Shown here: piece by piece, positions 22,941-37,383 of the stretch | Layout: every line of letters starts with the position of its first letter | Position numbering within the stretch: the stretch's first letter is position 1 | Assembly: GCF_006345805.1 (NCBI RefSeq) | Contig: NC_042997.1 | Coordinates: 28,334,001 to 28,398,000, forward strand | Source: Octopus sinensis | Lineage: Eukaryota | DNA: 64,000 nucleotides | Direction: 5' to 3' | Notes under the pieces: model-generated | Told to the model about the DNA's origin: nothing | Databases searched by the model: none | Seen by the model: only the letters and a program-made list of their open reading frames with translations | Translations under genes and position numbers: made by a program

Positions 22941-25900
22941 CTTCACGTTGATAAGGAGAGCAAAATAACACTCAATTAAACAAGAGTGAAATATCTGTTG
23001 ATAAATATGGGAGTTCAGCCGGAAAATGAAATACTCTGACACGGTTATATAACGTGTACCATGTACAATCTGGCAATCGTTGAATTTCACATACTATGGT
23101 ACTCCGTGACGAATTGCGTAAAAGAACCTCACGAAAGCTTTTAAATTGAAGAATGAGGACAATTACTTGCTTGGAAACTAGACTGTGCCCTTATAAACTG
23201 TAACATTTTAATGTGATGAATAACACTTCTACTTATAGATAAATTATATTGTTATTGACTAGTACATAAATATTTTCGCAGTGGGGAAAATGTCATATAA
23301 GAAAATAAAAATTTTTATGTAGCAGGGGTAGTAGAGCAGGGTAAGATTAACGTATGTTTAATCGTTAAGATGATCGGCAAAATGCTGAGCGGCATTTCGT
23401 CAGTATTTGCGTTGAGTTCAAATTCTGCTGTGATCTACTTTGCCTTTCATCATTTTCAGATCGACTTAACCACTCTCCAAAATTATTGACTTCATGCCAA
23501 AATTTGAAACAGATGCATGTTTAACTCTGTTTTGGCAATAATAATAATTAAAAAAATCTTAAGATGCACACGTTTCATAAACACTTTTAAACTTTAGTTT
23601 GAAGGGCCATTGAAGTTGTTCGATCTCATAAGAATGATATATGTTCATGTAACCGAAAAATTTTCTGCAATGATCCACTACTTTATTACTACTGTATGCA
23701 CTTAATGCATACAGTAGTAATAAAATGTATGGCGTTATATAAATTTTATAATTGTCTAAAATGAATGATAAAAGAAAATTATATTTCGAAAACTAATAAA
23801 CGAACGATATTATTCAAATTTCGAACTGTATTTCTTCATTTTAACTATCATCTCAGGGAAAGTCATTAATGTTTACCCCACTGTAATTATTTATAACATT
23901 AATTATAATCATAACATAGTTATTAATCACCGATAATAGTAATTATAGAGAATATTTTTGAATAATTAACAAAAGGTGTTACAATCTCGTAATATGCATA
24001 AAAGAAGATTTTAATTACTCAATAATATTTTGTCCGATATGCTTAGAAAATGTGGTGCCGGACATTCTAATTTTATTCATACACACTACAGTTGCCTGTG
24101 CAAACACACACATATATACATTAGTGAATAAAGGAAAACTTTGCCTGTGTCTACAAAATTACTGTTTACTAACCATTTTCAGACTGATGACAACTATAAA
24201 CCGAAATATGGAAGTCACTTCATTCGTGTTCTTGTACAAGGAAAATGAATATGACATACTAGGTTTTAAGTGATCCTTCAATTAACTTTTTGACTGTTTT
24301 TCATACAGATACGCATACAAAGAAACTCACCCACAATGAAATATACATCATATATTTCAATATAACTATTCATATACAACGTCCACACCATATTACATAA
24401 GAATCTGAAACTAAACATCTCCCTTTTCCAATTAGTTGTGTTATTTTTCTTTGTTCAAAAAATAAAATTTCTACCAAAAAAATTATGCAGTTTTTCTCTG
24501 TATTTATTGCTTTTGTTTTAAAGAAAATGTTTGCAGATGACTGAAGTCACCCAACACAGTTAGATGATATCTCAATAATATATTTATATTTGATACACAC
24601 GCTTTTACCGATTTTGACCGTGGGTAAAATCAATAGCGTAGAATAAAAATGATTTCGTAATATATACAGTCTCCTAAATGTTATAAGTGTTATTTCATTC
24701 CTTACGTATAATTCTTCATGATATTATTCTCTATGTTACTGTATGAGAAATGGAATATATTCTGTTCACTTGGTAGCTTATCACCTTTTTTTACACAGCA
24801 GAAATGGTATATTTCAAATAAGATACTATCAACATAAACAAATGACAATGGCATACGAGTACTGAAGGCACAAATGCGGAAATATATTATAATGAAATAA
24901 CAAGTTGTAAAACGTGTCTGTGAATATATTACATTTCAAAGATTCTAATAAATGTAGAAAACATCCATGAAACGAACTTACAAGATATCAAAAGAAGACA
25001 CAATCTTGAAGACGAGAAGGATACAAATACAACTGAGATCTAGAAATAGAAAATTTAATTAGTATATCACAAGGTGTTTTTCTAGATTCTCAAAGCGTAT
25101 CAAATTTTACAAGCATAATAAAACTTTAAATAACATCACGACGATCAAAACAAAATTGATGAATTCAAAAACATCGATGATAAATAGCGTCCGGCAGCGT
25201 ATGTTATATAAATATTTTAAGTAACATCTGAAGAAAACGGAAAACATTTAATCAGAATAGTTCCTCTATGAATACACAACTGAAGGAAAAGAGTAATATG
25301 GTCAAATATTAATACAAATTATTTACTGTTAAACTTTAAAGTATCCGTTAATAATATGACCTATGATGCGAAAGAGCAGTAACATAAGAATATACAAATT
25401 CAACGTGTAATACATCACATGAAATCTTAAATAATTTATTGCACTCCTGGGTAATTACTTTAGAACTATCTCTGAAATATATTGAAATTATACAAAACTA
25501 TGATACGATATAATAAAGCTCAGAGTAGACTCAGTCGAAATAACTAAGTAAAATTGTTTTAAATACTATAAATATAACATTGATTTCTTTATTTACAAAA
25601 AGAGGTGACAAAGAAAAATATATTATAACAAAAGTAATAATTTTCGCCTTTTCTTACATACATATTTACTCAATCACACTCAGGTGAGTAATAATGTAAG
25701 TGTATATATGTGTGCTCTTGTTTTCCGCGCATTTATACATACGTATAAATATACGTATTTATACATATGCATACGCACAGAAGTAGGCATATCATCTCAT
25801 AGAATTTCAGAAATTGCTTGGTACGATAACCTGGAGCCCACAGTGGAATAATCTGCATTGCAAATACCAAGTAGGATGCTGAATACATGCAAGTGTCAAA

Positions 25901-26504
25901 TCCAATTCAAAATCATAGTTCCAAAGCGTAAACACGAATGGTGTTCAAAATTTATGACAACTGTTTCGTTATAACTTTATTTATTTTATGCAATCATAAA
26001 ATATTACATCATAAGACACAATCCATCATCATCAGGTAAAATTGTATACAGGGTAGATTTGAAATATCAACCCGGACACAGCTAGCTAAATTACTTGTAT
26101 TCATGGCATTCTCACACGCATTGTCGTGTTGGGCAATATATTATCATCTATATAGTTATAATAAATAACCCTTCAGGTACACATCTCGACATGAAATACT
26201 TGGATATGCTTATTTATGGCAACAAACTAAACGTTCCTATGGTTTAAATCCGTTTTGGAGTATCGCATAGCATTTCATAATTCTCTCAGTGAATTCATTT
26301 TCAGAGACGGGTCTTCAACTCTTGTTATTGGCTCCATAACTTTTATCGGAATGTACACTTCACCGTTTACCATGGTTTATGGCCTGAATTGTAATAAAAA
26401 ATCAGTTTGTAATCAGGTGAATGGAGCATCAAAAGGATTCTGATACGAGCACATGACCTGTAGATATTGATCACGTTTTTACGATTACTGCTTTGAAAGT
26501 AATA

Positions 26505-26667
<163 letters not shown>

Positions 26668-26705
26668 CTCAGTATTTTAGATTATCAGAATATGTTCTGT
26701 TTTAG

Positions 26706-26752
26706 GGAATCGGCAATCGAATATCAGTGGTGATAGTTCCATTTCCGTTGCT
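26706..26752 (+). other. Possible 47-nt internal exon
   Basis: TGTTCTGTTTTAG acceptor and CT/GTGAGT donor; two frames open; no partner exons identified. Confidence 0.2.
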
Positions 26753-27031
26753 GTGAGTAGCGTTTTCTTTTTTCAGCGGAAATTATAGTTATCCAGGTGA
26801 AAAGGCGCCCCTTTTTATTTTGGGACTAACACAGAAATGTTTTACAGGAGCATATCTAACCTCGCATATATTATTCTTTTCTACCATGGATATTTTCTTT
26901 TGTCATGGCCATTTTATTGCTTTTCCTTTACATCAACACCCACATTTTCTGCTACAACAATAATTTTTGCCCATCAAATTATTTGTTTTGTGATGTTTTT
27001 TTTATTCTGATGTATTTCAGAATTTCATTCA

Positions 27032-27106
<75 letters not shown>

Positions 27107-27108
<2 letters not shown>

Positions 27109-29425
27109 GTTTGACTTTTGCTTTATATTTGTACAAGTTGGCTCCAAGTCTCACACGGAGACCTCAAGAGACAACATGTTGGAAGTTAACGTTGTTGTTA
27201 TGCCTAGTGTGCCATATATTTGGTTGTTTTTTTTGTGTTGTACTAGTGGATGTCTAAAAACAAGTTGTTTTAAACCTTGAGATTACATAGAAAGTATTTT
27301 GCGTAGGATATGAGCAGTTCCCATGAGCACTATCTTTTTAATTTCTGCCATTTTTGGGTATCCTGGTATCTGAGTTAGGTAGCAATCAACCCCTTTTGCT
27401 ATCATTCCCAGGGCAACTATGACAAAAGGTATTGTTTTAGTCTTCAGGTTCCACATTTTGCTGATTTCTATTTCAAGATCTTTATATTTGCTCAGTTTTT
27501 GGTAGGTCTTGACAGATACGTTTATATCGATTGGGACAGTTATATCAATGAGGAGGCATGTTCTTTGTTTGAAGTCTTTCAATATGATGTCTGGCCTATT
27601 TGCATCTATCTTTCTGTCCGTTTGAATGGTGAAGTTCCAGAGGAGTGAGATGTGGTCATTTTCAAGCAATGGGGGTGGTTTGTGTTCCCACTAGTTTTTT
27701 TCATGGGGCAAATCCAGGGTTTTGCAGATTACCCAGTGAATATATTGTGCAGCTCTATCATGCCTGTTGAGATACTCTGTAGGCGCTAGAAGACTGCACT
27801 TGGTGACCATATGATCAATGGTTTCATTTTGTTGCTGGCATACACGACACGTTGGGCTACTGCCGATCTTTAATATGTTGGCCTGGTAGTTTCTTGTTGG
27901 TAGGCATTGATCTTGAGCTGCTATGATAAACCACTCTGTTTCAGATTTTAAGCCAGAGGCCATTAGCCATTGATGGGTCAGGGCTTTGTCAACATCTGCA
28001 TTATTTGCTCTCTTTGGGTATTTGCCATAGAGAGGTTTTTCTTGCCATTTATCATTCAGAATATCTAAGGCCGCAAATGTAGCACGATTTTCATGCGCTT
28101 AGCATTTTCTGTGCCTGTTTCTTGTATGTCTATCTCTAATTCCGAAATTTGTTGTATTCGGAATTCAATTAGATATCCCTTTGCCTGTTTTGTTACTGAG
28201 TATGATGCTTTCTTGTTTTCATGTTTTGAGACAAGTTTTAACATCCAGGTAGGTATCTAGGCCAATTCTAGCAATCTTCATTGTTATTACCAGTTGTAAA
28301 AGTCCACGGCCTCCCTCTTTTCTTGGCAGATAAAGTCGTTCTGTATCTGCCTTAGGGTGGTGCATTCTATGCATTGTCAACAGTTTTCGTATTTTTCTGT
28401 CAAGATTACATATTTCAGTAATTGACCAGTTAACGATATTGAAACTGTAAGTCACGACTGGTATGGCTAATGCATTGATCGCTTCCATCCTGTTTCTCGC
28501 ATTCAGCTCTGTCTTGAGTATTGCTCTTACTCTGCGATAACATTCTCCCCTGATCCTTTCCTTCATCTCGGAATGCCTTATTCCGTCTCCTTCAATTACT
28601 CCTAGATACTTGTAGTTCTCCGCTGGGTCTAATCCGTTTATTACATTCTGCTGGTCAAGGTTAACGTTAGATGTTTCTGACATTTTTCCTTTGATAAATG
28701 TAGCTTTTGCACACTTATCGAGGCCAAATTGCATTCTGATGTCATCAATTGTTTGACAATCGCTAGTAAGCCCTCGAGTTGTTGGTAATTTTTTTGCAAA
28801 GAGCTTTAAATCATCTACGTAAATGAGATGATTTATATTTTTATCAAACATTTTATATCCGTAGTGCGCGTCATTGAGCAGTTTTGAGAGAGGTATTAAG
28901 GCTAAACAGAAGAGGAGTGGTGATAGTGAGTCACCCTGGAAGATGCCAAATGAAATTTTTACATCACTAGAATTTAGAGATTCATTGTCACTGTTCAAAG
29001 TTAGTGTGGTTTTCCATGATCTCATACTTACAGACAAAAAGTTTCGCAGAGTAGGTGCTATCTTATATATTTCTAGGCATTTCTTAATCCAGCTATATGG
29101 TAGGCTGTCAAACGCCTTTTTATAGTCTATCGAGGCTATTGATAAGTGTTTGTGTCGTTTGTGACAATCTTCTAAGATCATCTTATTGAGGAGTAGTTGA
29201 TCTTTACAACCGTAGGATCCACGTTTACACCTTTTCTGTTCGTCAGGGAATATGCTGCTGTCTGTCAAAAAACTATAGGTATATTCCGTCAGGACAGATG
29301 TTAGTGTTTTATACATAGTTGTTAAGCAGGTTATGGGTCTATAGTTTTTTGGTTCATTTGTTTCTTCACTTTTTGGAAGCAGGAATGTTAACCCATTAAC
29401 TAGCCAAGGAGGCATCCTACTAGGG
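27107..29425 (-). mobile_element. 5'-truncated Dong/R4-like RLE non-LTR retrotransposon in (TAA)n
   Basis: RT, CCHC (CRVC..ETIDHMVTKC) and RLE (RPDIILKD..LLIDITVP..KYKDL); long (ATT)n on both flanks. Confidence 0.9.
28219..29415 (-). pseudogene. Reverse transcriptase region of the Dong/R4-like element
   Basis: NYRPITCL, IDYKKAFDS, GIFQGDSLSPLLF, YVDDLKLF, GLDKC; downstream ORF broken into 27691-27963 and 27283-27669. Confidence 0.9.
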
Positions 29426-29497
<72 letters not shown>

Positions 29498-29614
29498 TAT
29501 TATTATTATTATTATTATTAATATTATTATTATTATTTTATTATTATTATTATTATAATAATTATTATTATATAATTATTAATATTATTATTATTATTAT
29601 AATTATTATTATAA

Positions 29615-29661
<47 letters not shown>

Positions 29662-30161
29662 GAAAACTCACGGTTTATTTTGCTGTGTATGATGGAAAGT
29701 GTCAGTTGGCCACAGCCAGCAGACTGAGGTAACACTTTACAGGTCATGCTTTAAGAATCCTGCGACGAAATCTTCCAGTTCCAAGCAATGCTTATTTTTG
29801 TAGATGTTCTACCTTCACACTTGCACCGATTTTTTCACCCAATCTGGTAGTTAAATACTGATAATTCCAAATGCAGCAATTAATTTTGGTATCACCTCTA
29901 TTCTCTTCATTGACTACAACCTAGGTATTTCCTACTTTAAAACGTCATAGTTGTTTCTTTTTCATTCACATTGATTCTGTTGTCACAGGAGCATGCTATG
30001 TTGGTAATCATAATGTTCTTTCTCTTTTTATTTTTCTATTTCTTTTATCATTACTTTAACTTTTATTGATATGGGGCGTCCTATGGGACGACCAAGATGA
30101 GATTTCTTCTTCTTCTTCTTCTTCTTCTTCTTCTTCTTCTTCTTCTTCTTTCTTCTTCTTC

Positions 30162-30219
<58 letters not shown>

Positions 30220-30244
30220 CATTATTACTATTCCTTCGTAACAC

Positions 30245-30975
30245 AGTGTAGGTAAAAATTCAGCGGAGTCTTTAACCAGCTGTCAAGTCACAACAAGGTT
30301 CTCAGACAGATAATATTTTCCTTAAAATGTGCGCTGTGCCCAATAAGACTGCTTTTTGCAAAACATCAATCTTGTATGGTATTTAAGATGTCTTAAAGAT
30401 TCAATGCGATTGAGCACAACGCTCCAATCACCACTGGTAACACTTTTACATTACCCACTCGCATTCCATACAGGCTTGCCATTTCCACTTTCAGTTTGGA
30501 GTAAATGGTGCTTTTTTCAAACTCCTTACAAACAACATTCATGCCTTTTGGTATGGCTACATCAATGATCTGACAGTATTTTGTCTTTTATTTATTCAGT
30601 GTGGCAATATCCGTCCGACAGTGTTCGATTACACGATCCGTCAGAAAATCATAGTTCCAGAGTATCGTTACTTTTCTATCCTCCTGCATAACTTTACTTG
30701 GTACATGCTCATACCAGTTCTTTGTTACTTCATATTGGTATTTAAGGCATAAGCACCAATGAAGATACACGCACATTTTATCGCGGCGTCGCTTGTATTT
30801 TTTGTGCAAAGCTCTCACATCCACTTGCCAAATGGGTCACACTTTCCACACTCTTTCCACAGAGTCTGCACGTCTGGGTGTCAGAAGTTTTATAGGTGTT
30901 ATACTTCACTGAATTGGTAGCGAGAGCCTGGCCTTTTGCAGCAATGATCAGGCTTTCGGTAGTATGCTTCAGATA
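30245..30975 (-). mobile_element. Second Dong/R4-like 3' fragment (CCHC + RLE)
   Basis: TTESLIIAA, CRLCGKSVESVTHLASGC, ILWNYDFLTDR, LLGTAHILRKILSV*; (AAT)n/(AAG)n tail at 30110-30230. Confidence 0.8.
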
Positions 30976-31560
30976 TACTACCGCCGAAAGAAAACAAATG
31001 CCGTTCAAGGAGATGCAGAGGTACCAAAGACCAACTATTGATAGACAAAATAGTAATGCAAGAATATAAACGAAAGAGAACAAATCTGGGAATGGCCTGG
31101 ATTGACTATCGCAAAGTTTATTAAATATGATTCCACATTCGTAGATCATCGAGTGTTTAGATCTGTTTGGAATTGCGAAGAATGTAACGTCTTTCACGAA
31201 GAGAAGAATGGTGGACTGGAAACCTGAACTAACATCTTACTGAAAAAGCTTCGGCACCTTGGATATCAGAGGGTGTTTACAGGGTGATAGCCTATCTCCG
31301 TTGCTTTTCATCCTCCTCATGTTACACCTGACCTAGGTACTTAGGAAAATCAACCTGGGTACAAACTAAAAGAAAAATCTCAAACAATCAACCACCTCCA
31401 CTTCATGGATTATTTGAAACTGTATGGTAAAGATGAGACATAAGTGAGTTCTTTGGTGAACACGATCCGCTGTTTTAGTACAAATACAAGAATAGAATTG
31501 GGACTCTAAGTAGTGCGGAATAATCTACCTAAAAAGAGGCAAAGTACAGTCCCTATCAGG
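30976..31560 (+). pseudogene. Decayed Dong/R4-like RT fragment, opposite orientation
   Basis: RGTKDQLLIDK, AWIDYRK, LQGDSLSPLLF with stops and frameshifts. Confidence 0.8.
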
Positions 31561-31603
31561 GAAAGAATTAACGAATAGAGACTTGATTAATCCTAATTAT
31601 ACC

Positions 31604-31832
31604 TATTTCTTTACTGCCCACAAGGGGCTAAACAAAGAGGGGACAAACAAGGACAGACAAACGGATTAAGTAGATTACATAGACCCCAGTGCGTAACTGG
31701 TACTTAATTTATCGCCCCCGAAAGGATGAAAGACAAAGTCGACCTCGGCGGAATTTGAACTCAGAACGTAGCGGCAGACGAAATACCGCAAAGCATTCTG
31801 CCCGGTGTGCTAACGCTTCTGCCAGCTCGCCG
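31604..31832 (-). mobile_element. tRNA-derived SINE (family A) with 12-bp target-site duplication
   Basis: TSD CCTAATTATACC at 31592-31603 and 31833-31844; B box GAGTTCAAATTCC; CTTTCATCCTTTCGGGG..GATAAA..AAGTACCAG central block. Confidence 0.9.
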
Positions 31833-31849
31833 CCTAATTATACCAATTA

Positions 31850-32960
31850 GGCTAAAGCCTAATTATATCAATACACCAAACGAGATTTGGAAGCTGGTGT
31901 AGATATGAGAAGAAGACACCAGTGAATGCAGAATGAAGGTTTGAAAGCCGAAACAGAAGGATTTATACTTGCGGCATAAGTTCGGATTCTCCACACTTGG
32001 ATCTATCAAACTAATGTTCTACACGAAGAGGTACACACAACGTGTAAACTCTGCAATGACAAACTTGAGAATATTGACCACATTGTTGCTGGTTGCTTAG
32101 TCCTTATCCCCACAGAATATTAAACCAGGCCTGATCGAGTTGGTCAGTACTTGCACTAGAGAATATGCCGTTACTATGATATCCAGCACCCTAAGAACTG
32201 GTATGGACACTACCCAGAGTCAGTCACTAAACGAGAGAATGCTATCATCCGATAGGATTAGAGGATACATACAAATTGGCAAATAAATGCTAATAGACTA
32301 GACAAAAAAAATTACCTGTCAATTCATATGACAATGCGGTGAATAAAAATCAAATGTATCTCTGTTATTGTAGGTGCCCTAGAAATGATCAACAGCGGAG
32401 CGGGAATTACAAAATGGCAAATGAGATAATTTTTACATTACACGGAGCCTTCCACCATATCAGTGACACCAATAGGCTGTACCTGTCCAGTAGAAAGGTT
32501 AGGAGAGGTTTGATCAGTTGCGAGGACTCTGTCAAAACAGAGCAAAAGGGTCGTACATAAAAAAAAGCTTTCGATCCACTGTTGAAACACACGACGAAAG
32601 CCGGCGTCATCAAAACTGAAAAGTATGTAACTAATGAAAGATTTAAAGAAGAAATGAACAAAGGAAAAAGTAAAGAAAAATCATGGAAGGAAAAAAAGTG
32701 TACGTTCAGTTTTCAATAGATGTGAACGCGAAGACAGATACAAATCGTTGGCGGCTATGGATGAGTAGGGCTTACTTAACGATAGAGAGAGAAACACTCA
32801 TATGCGGAACACATGAACAAGCGTTAGGGGCCAGCTATATGAAATGCAGAAAAGACAATACTATCGATTGCGACAAAAGCAAAATGTGTGGCGAGAGAGG
32901 TAAAACCATATGGCACATCATTAGCGAATACAAATGACCCCCAGGACAACGTGGCAAAAA
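31850..32960 (+). mobile_element. Two further decayed Dong/R4-like C-terminal fragments
   Basis: GLKAETEGFILAA, CKLC..NIDHIVAGC, NWY (31930-32330); HHISDTNRLYLSSRKVRRGL and CGERGKTIWHIISE (32440-32940). Confidence 0.7.
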
Positions 32961-33120
32961 TGATCCACTTAGGGCTGGATATGTATACATGTATGTGCGT
33001 TAGTGTGTATGTGTGTTTATGTGTATTTTATTCTCTTATGCTTTCATGTGTGTATGTTTGTATATTTTCAAATATAAAAATACACATATATGTATTTATA
33101 GATTTACATACATATACACG

Positions 33121-33157
<37 letters not shown>

Positions 33158-33189
33158 ATATACATGTACATATTCCTGTATGTAGTGTA

Positions 33190-33250
<61 letters not shown>

Positions 33251-34024
33251 TTATATACACATATGTGTGTGTATGTATATTTTCGTACATACGATTATGA
33301 CTGTATCTATGTATATGTACCTAATTACAAGCACGGCATCGTTGAAATTTTCATTTATTGCAACTAATGAAGTCATTACACATCAGCATGCATACACTAG
33401 AAATAAAGGTTCGAGAGATTGACAAATTGACCTTACTTCTGGGACATGCCAATCAATACGGACTGAAAGATTAAACTCAATCAACATTCAGTTCATCATA
33501 AACAAAAATATCATCTCCGCAACGTGCGTACAACGACTTACGATGTTATATCTATAAAAGAAATGCATAAAATATGCTAATATAGAAAGGAACTCATTCT
33601 GGAGAATGAGATAACAAAAATGGGAAGTGGGGAGACAGCGAAACAGGAACATTTCTATAATAATAGTTCGGTTTCCAGTGATTAGAATGATATATGACAA
33701 ATGAATTACCAAGCGATCGCCAAGCGTGAGCAAAAGTCGCGTACGAACACGCGTATACTCTTATGCACGTAAAGTTTACGAACGCACACACACACACACA
33801 CACACACACATATGCATATATTAATAGCCGAAGCATATAAACGCAAACACAATTATATTCATGCTCACATACACACGATCACTCACACGTACATGCATAC
33901 ATACTCACATCTACTCCCATGCAACCAATAACATACGCACATCCGGGCATTCATACGCCCCATATATATATATATATATATATATGTTTATATATATGTA
34001 TATATATATATGTATATATATATG

Positions 34025-34061
<37 letters not shown>

Positions 34062-34215
34062 TATATACACACATACATATACATATACACATTCCTCCTC
34101 TCCCTCTTGAACTTCTCTTTCACTTTCGTCTTCTTTAACTCGCTTTTCCTCCTCCTCACCCTTCTCCTTCTCCTCCCTCATAGCCTTCTTCTTGATAATA
34201 ACCGAAGCATATATA

Positions 34216-34436
34216 CTATTTCTTTACTACCCACAAGGGGCTAATTACAGAAAGGACGAACAAGGACAGACAAACGGATTAAGTCGATTACATCGAACCA
34301 GTGCGTAACTGGTACTTAATTTATCGACCCCGAAAGGATGAAAGGCAAAGTCGACCTCAGCGGAATTTGAACTCAGAACGTTACGACAGACGAAATACGG
34401 CCGTTCATTTCGCCCGGCGTGTTAACGTTTCTGCCA
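34216..34436 (-). mobile_element. SINE family A
   Basis: Aligns with 31604-31832. Confidence 0.85.
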
Positions 34437-34639
34437 AATTTCCCCCCGAATTTTGGACCTTGTGCCTAAAGAAACGAATATGGAAAGGAGGTGTAACAAG
34501 AACCATATTTTACCACAACAATTGTTTTGGATTCAGACTGCACTGCTGCCTAGTGGGCGTGGAACGATATATCACCAGATGCAAGGCAACTTGCAAAAGA
34601 GCCTCCTATTAAGAAAATAAGTTCGAAATAACGAAAACC

Positions 34640-35150
34640 GTAAACACATATATATATATGAAACTCAGAATGTGTGTCTGTCTATCTGTCTGTTTGTGTG
34701 TTTCCCTAAAACTTGAGAACTGCACAACCAATTTCATTCAAATTTTTACACATGCCTTACTTAGGGTCCATGTAGTGTCACAGGCAAACGAATGTTCAAC
34801 TTTTTGCCTAGGGCGAGCCCATAGCAATATCATATCTTCTCCACAATTTCAGTATTACGTTTTAAAATTGAAACAAAAACATCTCTCTATTTTATGTCAG
34901 ATAATTTCACTTTAACAATAAAAATTAGAGATAATAATTGAATTATATGTAGTAAGTAATGATTAAAATCAAACTAAAATATAATATAATAATTAAATCG
35001 TAACATAACAATTGAAACTAAAAATAGCAATTGGTATAGAATTGCATCAATGACTTGAACTTGAATAAGTAGTTTCACATGAATGGGAATAAATTAAATA
35101 TAAAATTAAAGTGCAGAAATGGAATATTCCAGATGGAGCTGTGCACATAC
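34640..35150 (+). mobile_element. Helitron-like non-autonomous element, 5' part
   Basis: (TA)n start, (GTCT)n block and AACCAATTTCATTCAAA motif, analogous to 2368-2737. Confidence 0.4.
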
Positions 35151-35555
35151 CCTTTACCACGGCTTTTACATTAGATTATCTGCTAATTAGCTAGCATTAA
35201 GTATCTATATGAAGTTTGGCTGTATGTAACGTCTGTTTTCTTGAACAGAAGCTTCTACCGAGTACTGCTGTTGGTTTATTTCTTATCCATAAAGGACTAT
35301 AGCTTCAACTGAGTACTGCTTTTTGATTCACCGTAAGGTTTGTTGTTATTATTATTACTGTTTAAATATTGTTATCACGTGTGTTGGTTCCTCGTAAGAG
35401 AAACATTGTTGTGTTGCATTTGTTAAATAATTGTAAACTGTAACCCTCCCCGTTTGGGAGAAGGAGCCTTGGTTATTGTTTAAAAATTGAATTGTGTCCC
35501 TGTTTAGGGAAATTAACAATAGTTTCACCTTTTATACGGAAGCATTTTTGTTAAA

Positions 35556-35910
35556 ATGCCTTCGATAGAGGAACGTCCAAAAATGAATTTCGCTGCAGCC
35601 GTCGGCGGGCGCGAACTCATTAAAATTAAAATAGAAGAAATACAAACCTATTTCGGATTGATCACTGACAAAGACGGTGAATCTAGGATAACACCACTAA
35701 GAAAATAAAAAATAAAGTATACAATGTAGAGAAAAAAGTATACAATGTAGAGAAAAAATGATTTGAATACCTGGAGGAAAGCACCATCGAAAAGTGTCTT
35801 GGTGCCCCCCCCCCACAGAAGTAGAGGTAGGCTGGATTGTAGCCACACTTCTATACAAGAAGATGACAAGCTACAATTGATCGAAATTGCAAGAGACGGT
35901 ACTACAATTC
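35556..35910 (+). pseudogene. Possible N-terminus of an L1/Tx1-like ORF1
   Basis: MPSIEERPKMNFAAAVGG start after a long leader; resemblance only. Confidence 0.3.
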
Positions 35911-36047
35911 CAGTCTGTTATATATTTTGAGTATTGTTATCACTAGCGATATCAAGATATAACGTTGTATTTTGTATTTTATGTGTAGATGTATATATAT
36001 AGATGTACATGTAATATGTACACATATATATGCACATATATACATGC

Positions 36048-36088
36048 ACTAGCACTATGACCCGGCAACGACGGGTCATAATGCTAGT
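36048..36088. repeat. 41-bp palindrome ACTAGC...GCTAGT
   Basis: 17-bp arms, one mismatch, 7-nt loop. Confidence 0.9.
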
Positions 36089-37321
36089 ATTATTATAACA
36101 TAATCATATTGTCATCATAGAAATTTACTAAAGTCATGTAAAAAAAATCTCCTGTTTATCCTAATTACACCGATATTAAACAATTTTGTCATAAAATTTT
36201 GATTATATTATAAATTATAAAAATTACGATTACTTCTTACCTATACTAATTTGTACATAAAATAAATAAATAATAAATAAATAAATAAATGATGAAAATA
36301 TTTTCCGTATTTCCGAGGAAAATAAGATAATTCACAATTTTATAGATTTACGTTTCGATTTTAGCTTCAAGATATATGGTGTTGGTGAGAAATTATAACA
36401 TTTCAGACCCATTTCTTACAGTGAGAAAGATTTGGTGAAGAAGAAAATAGTAGAAAACCAATACAAAGCATCTAACAAGTTTCGGAGTGGGGATATTTGT
36501 ATCTGTAGCCAAGAAGTCATTGCTAAAATATAAAAAACAAAACAAAAAGAAATTACAAATATTTAGCGTGTGTGGTGCATTATAAAAAGCGGTTCCAGCA
36601 TAAGTAAGCTATTGATGTCTGGCTAGAGCAGTCAAGTATATCACTCAGTTCTTAGATTCAGTTCTTTAGACCTTGTGGCTGCCTAAGTTTACACACATGC
36701 ACAGACAGAGAGACATATATTTATATGTATACGTTTGCGCGCACGCCTCTGTACATTCACGCATACACAGGTATGCACATAATACATACTAACAGACATA
36801 GGTTATCCGGTCATTAGACACAGGCAACCAATCACTCATGTACAGACAGGCATGAACACCCATACTCACCCGCACACGCGGTTACGCTCGTGCGCACGCG
36901 CACACACATGTACATATATATCTACACACACAGGTATAGACAGACCAACACGTGTAAACGCCCATATACAGACGCACAAACCTATATACATGTGTGTGTA
37001 GATACACACACACAGGCACATACATAGCCAGAAACACACGCATACTCTTATAGCCACACACACACCCACACATATATATATATATATACTTATACCCCCA
37101 CACAAACATATGCATAGGTACAGCAATGTGTAGGCGCGCGTGCACACACATATATACTCTCCCCCCACATACACACTTACACTCATGCACCCTTTCACGC
37201 ACCTCATATGCAGGCACACACACTTATATATATGTAGATACATACAGTCCGATATGCCAGTACATATATATTTTGTTTTCAGAATTAAATAAAAGGAAAA
37301 CAAACGGAAAACATGACATAC

Positions 37322-37357
<36 letters not shown>

Positions 37358-37383
37358 ATATATATATATATATATATATATAT

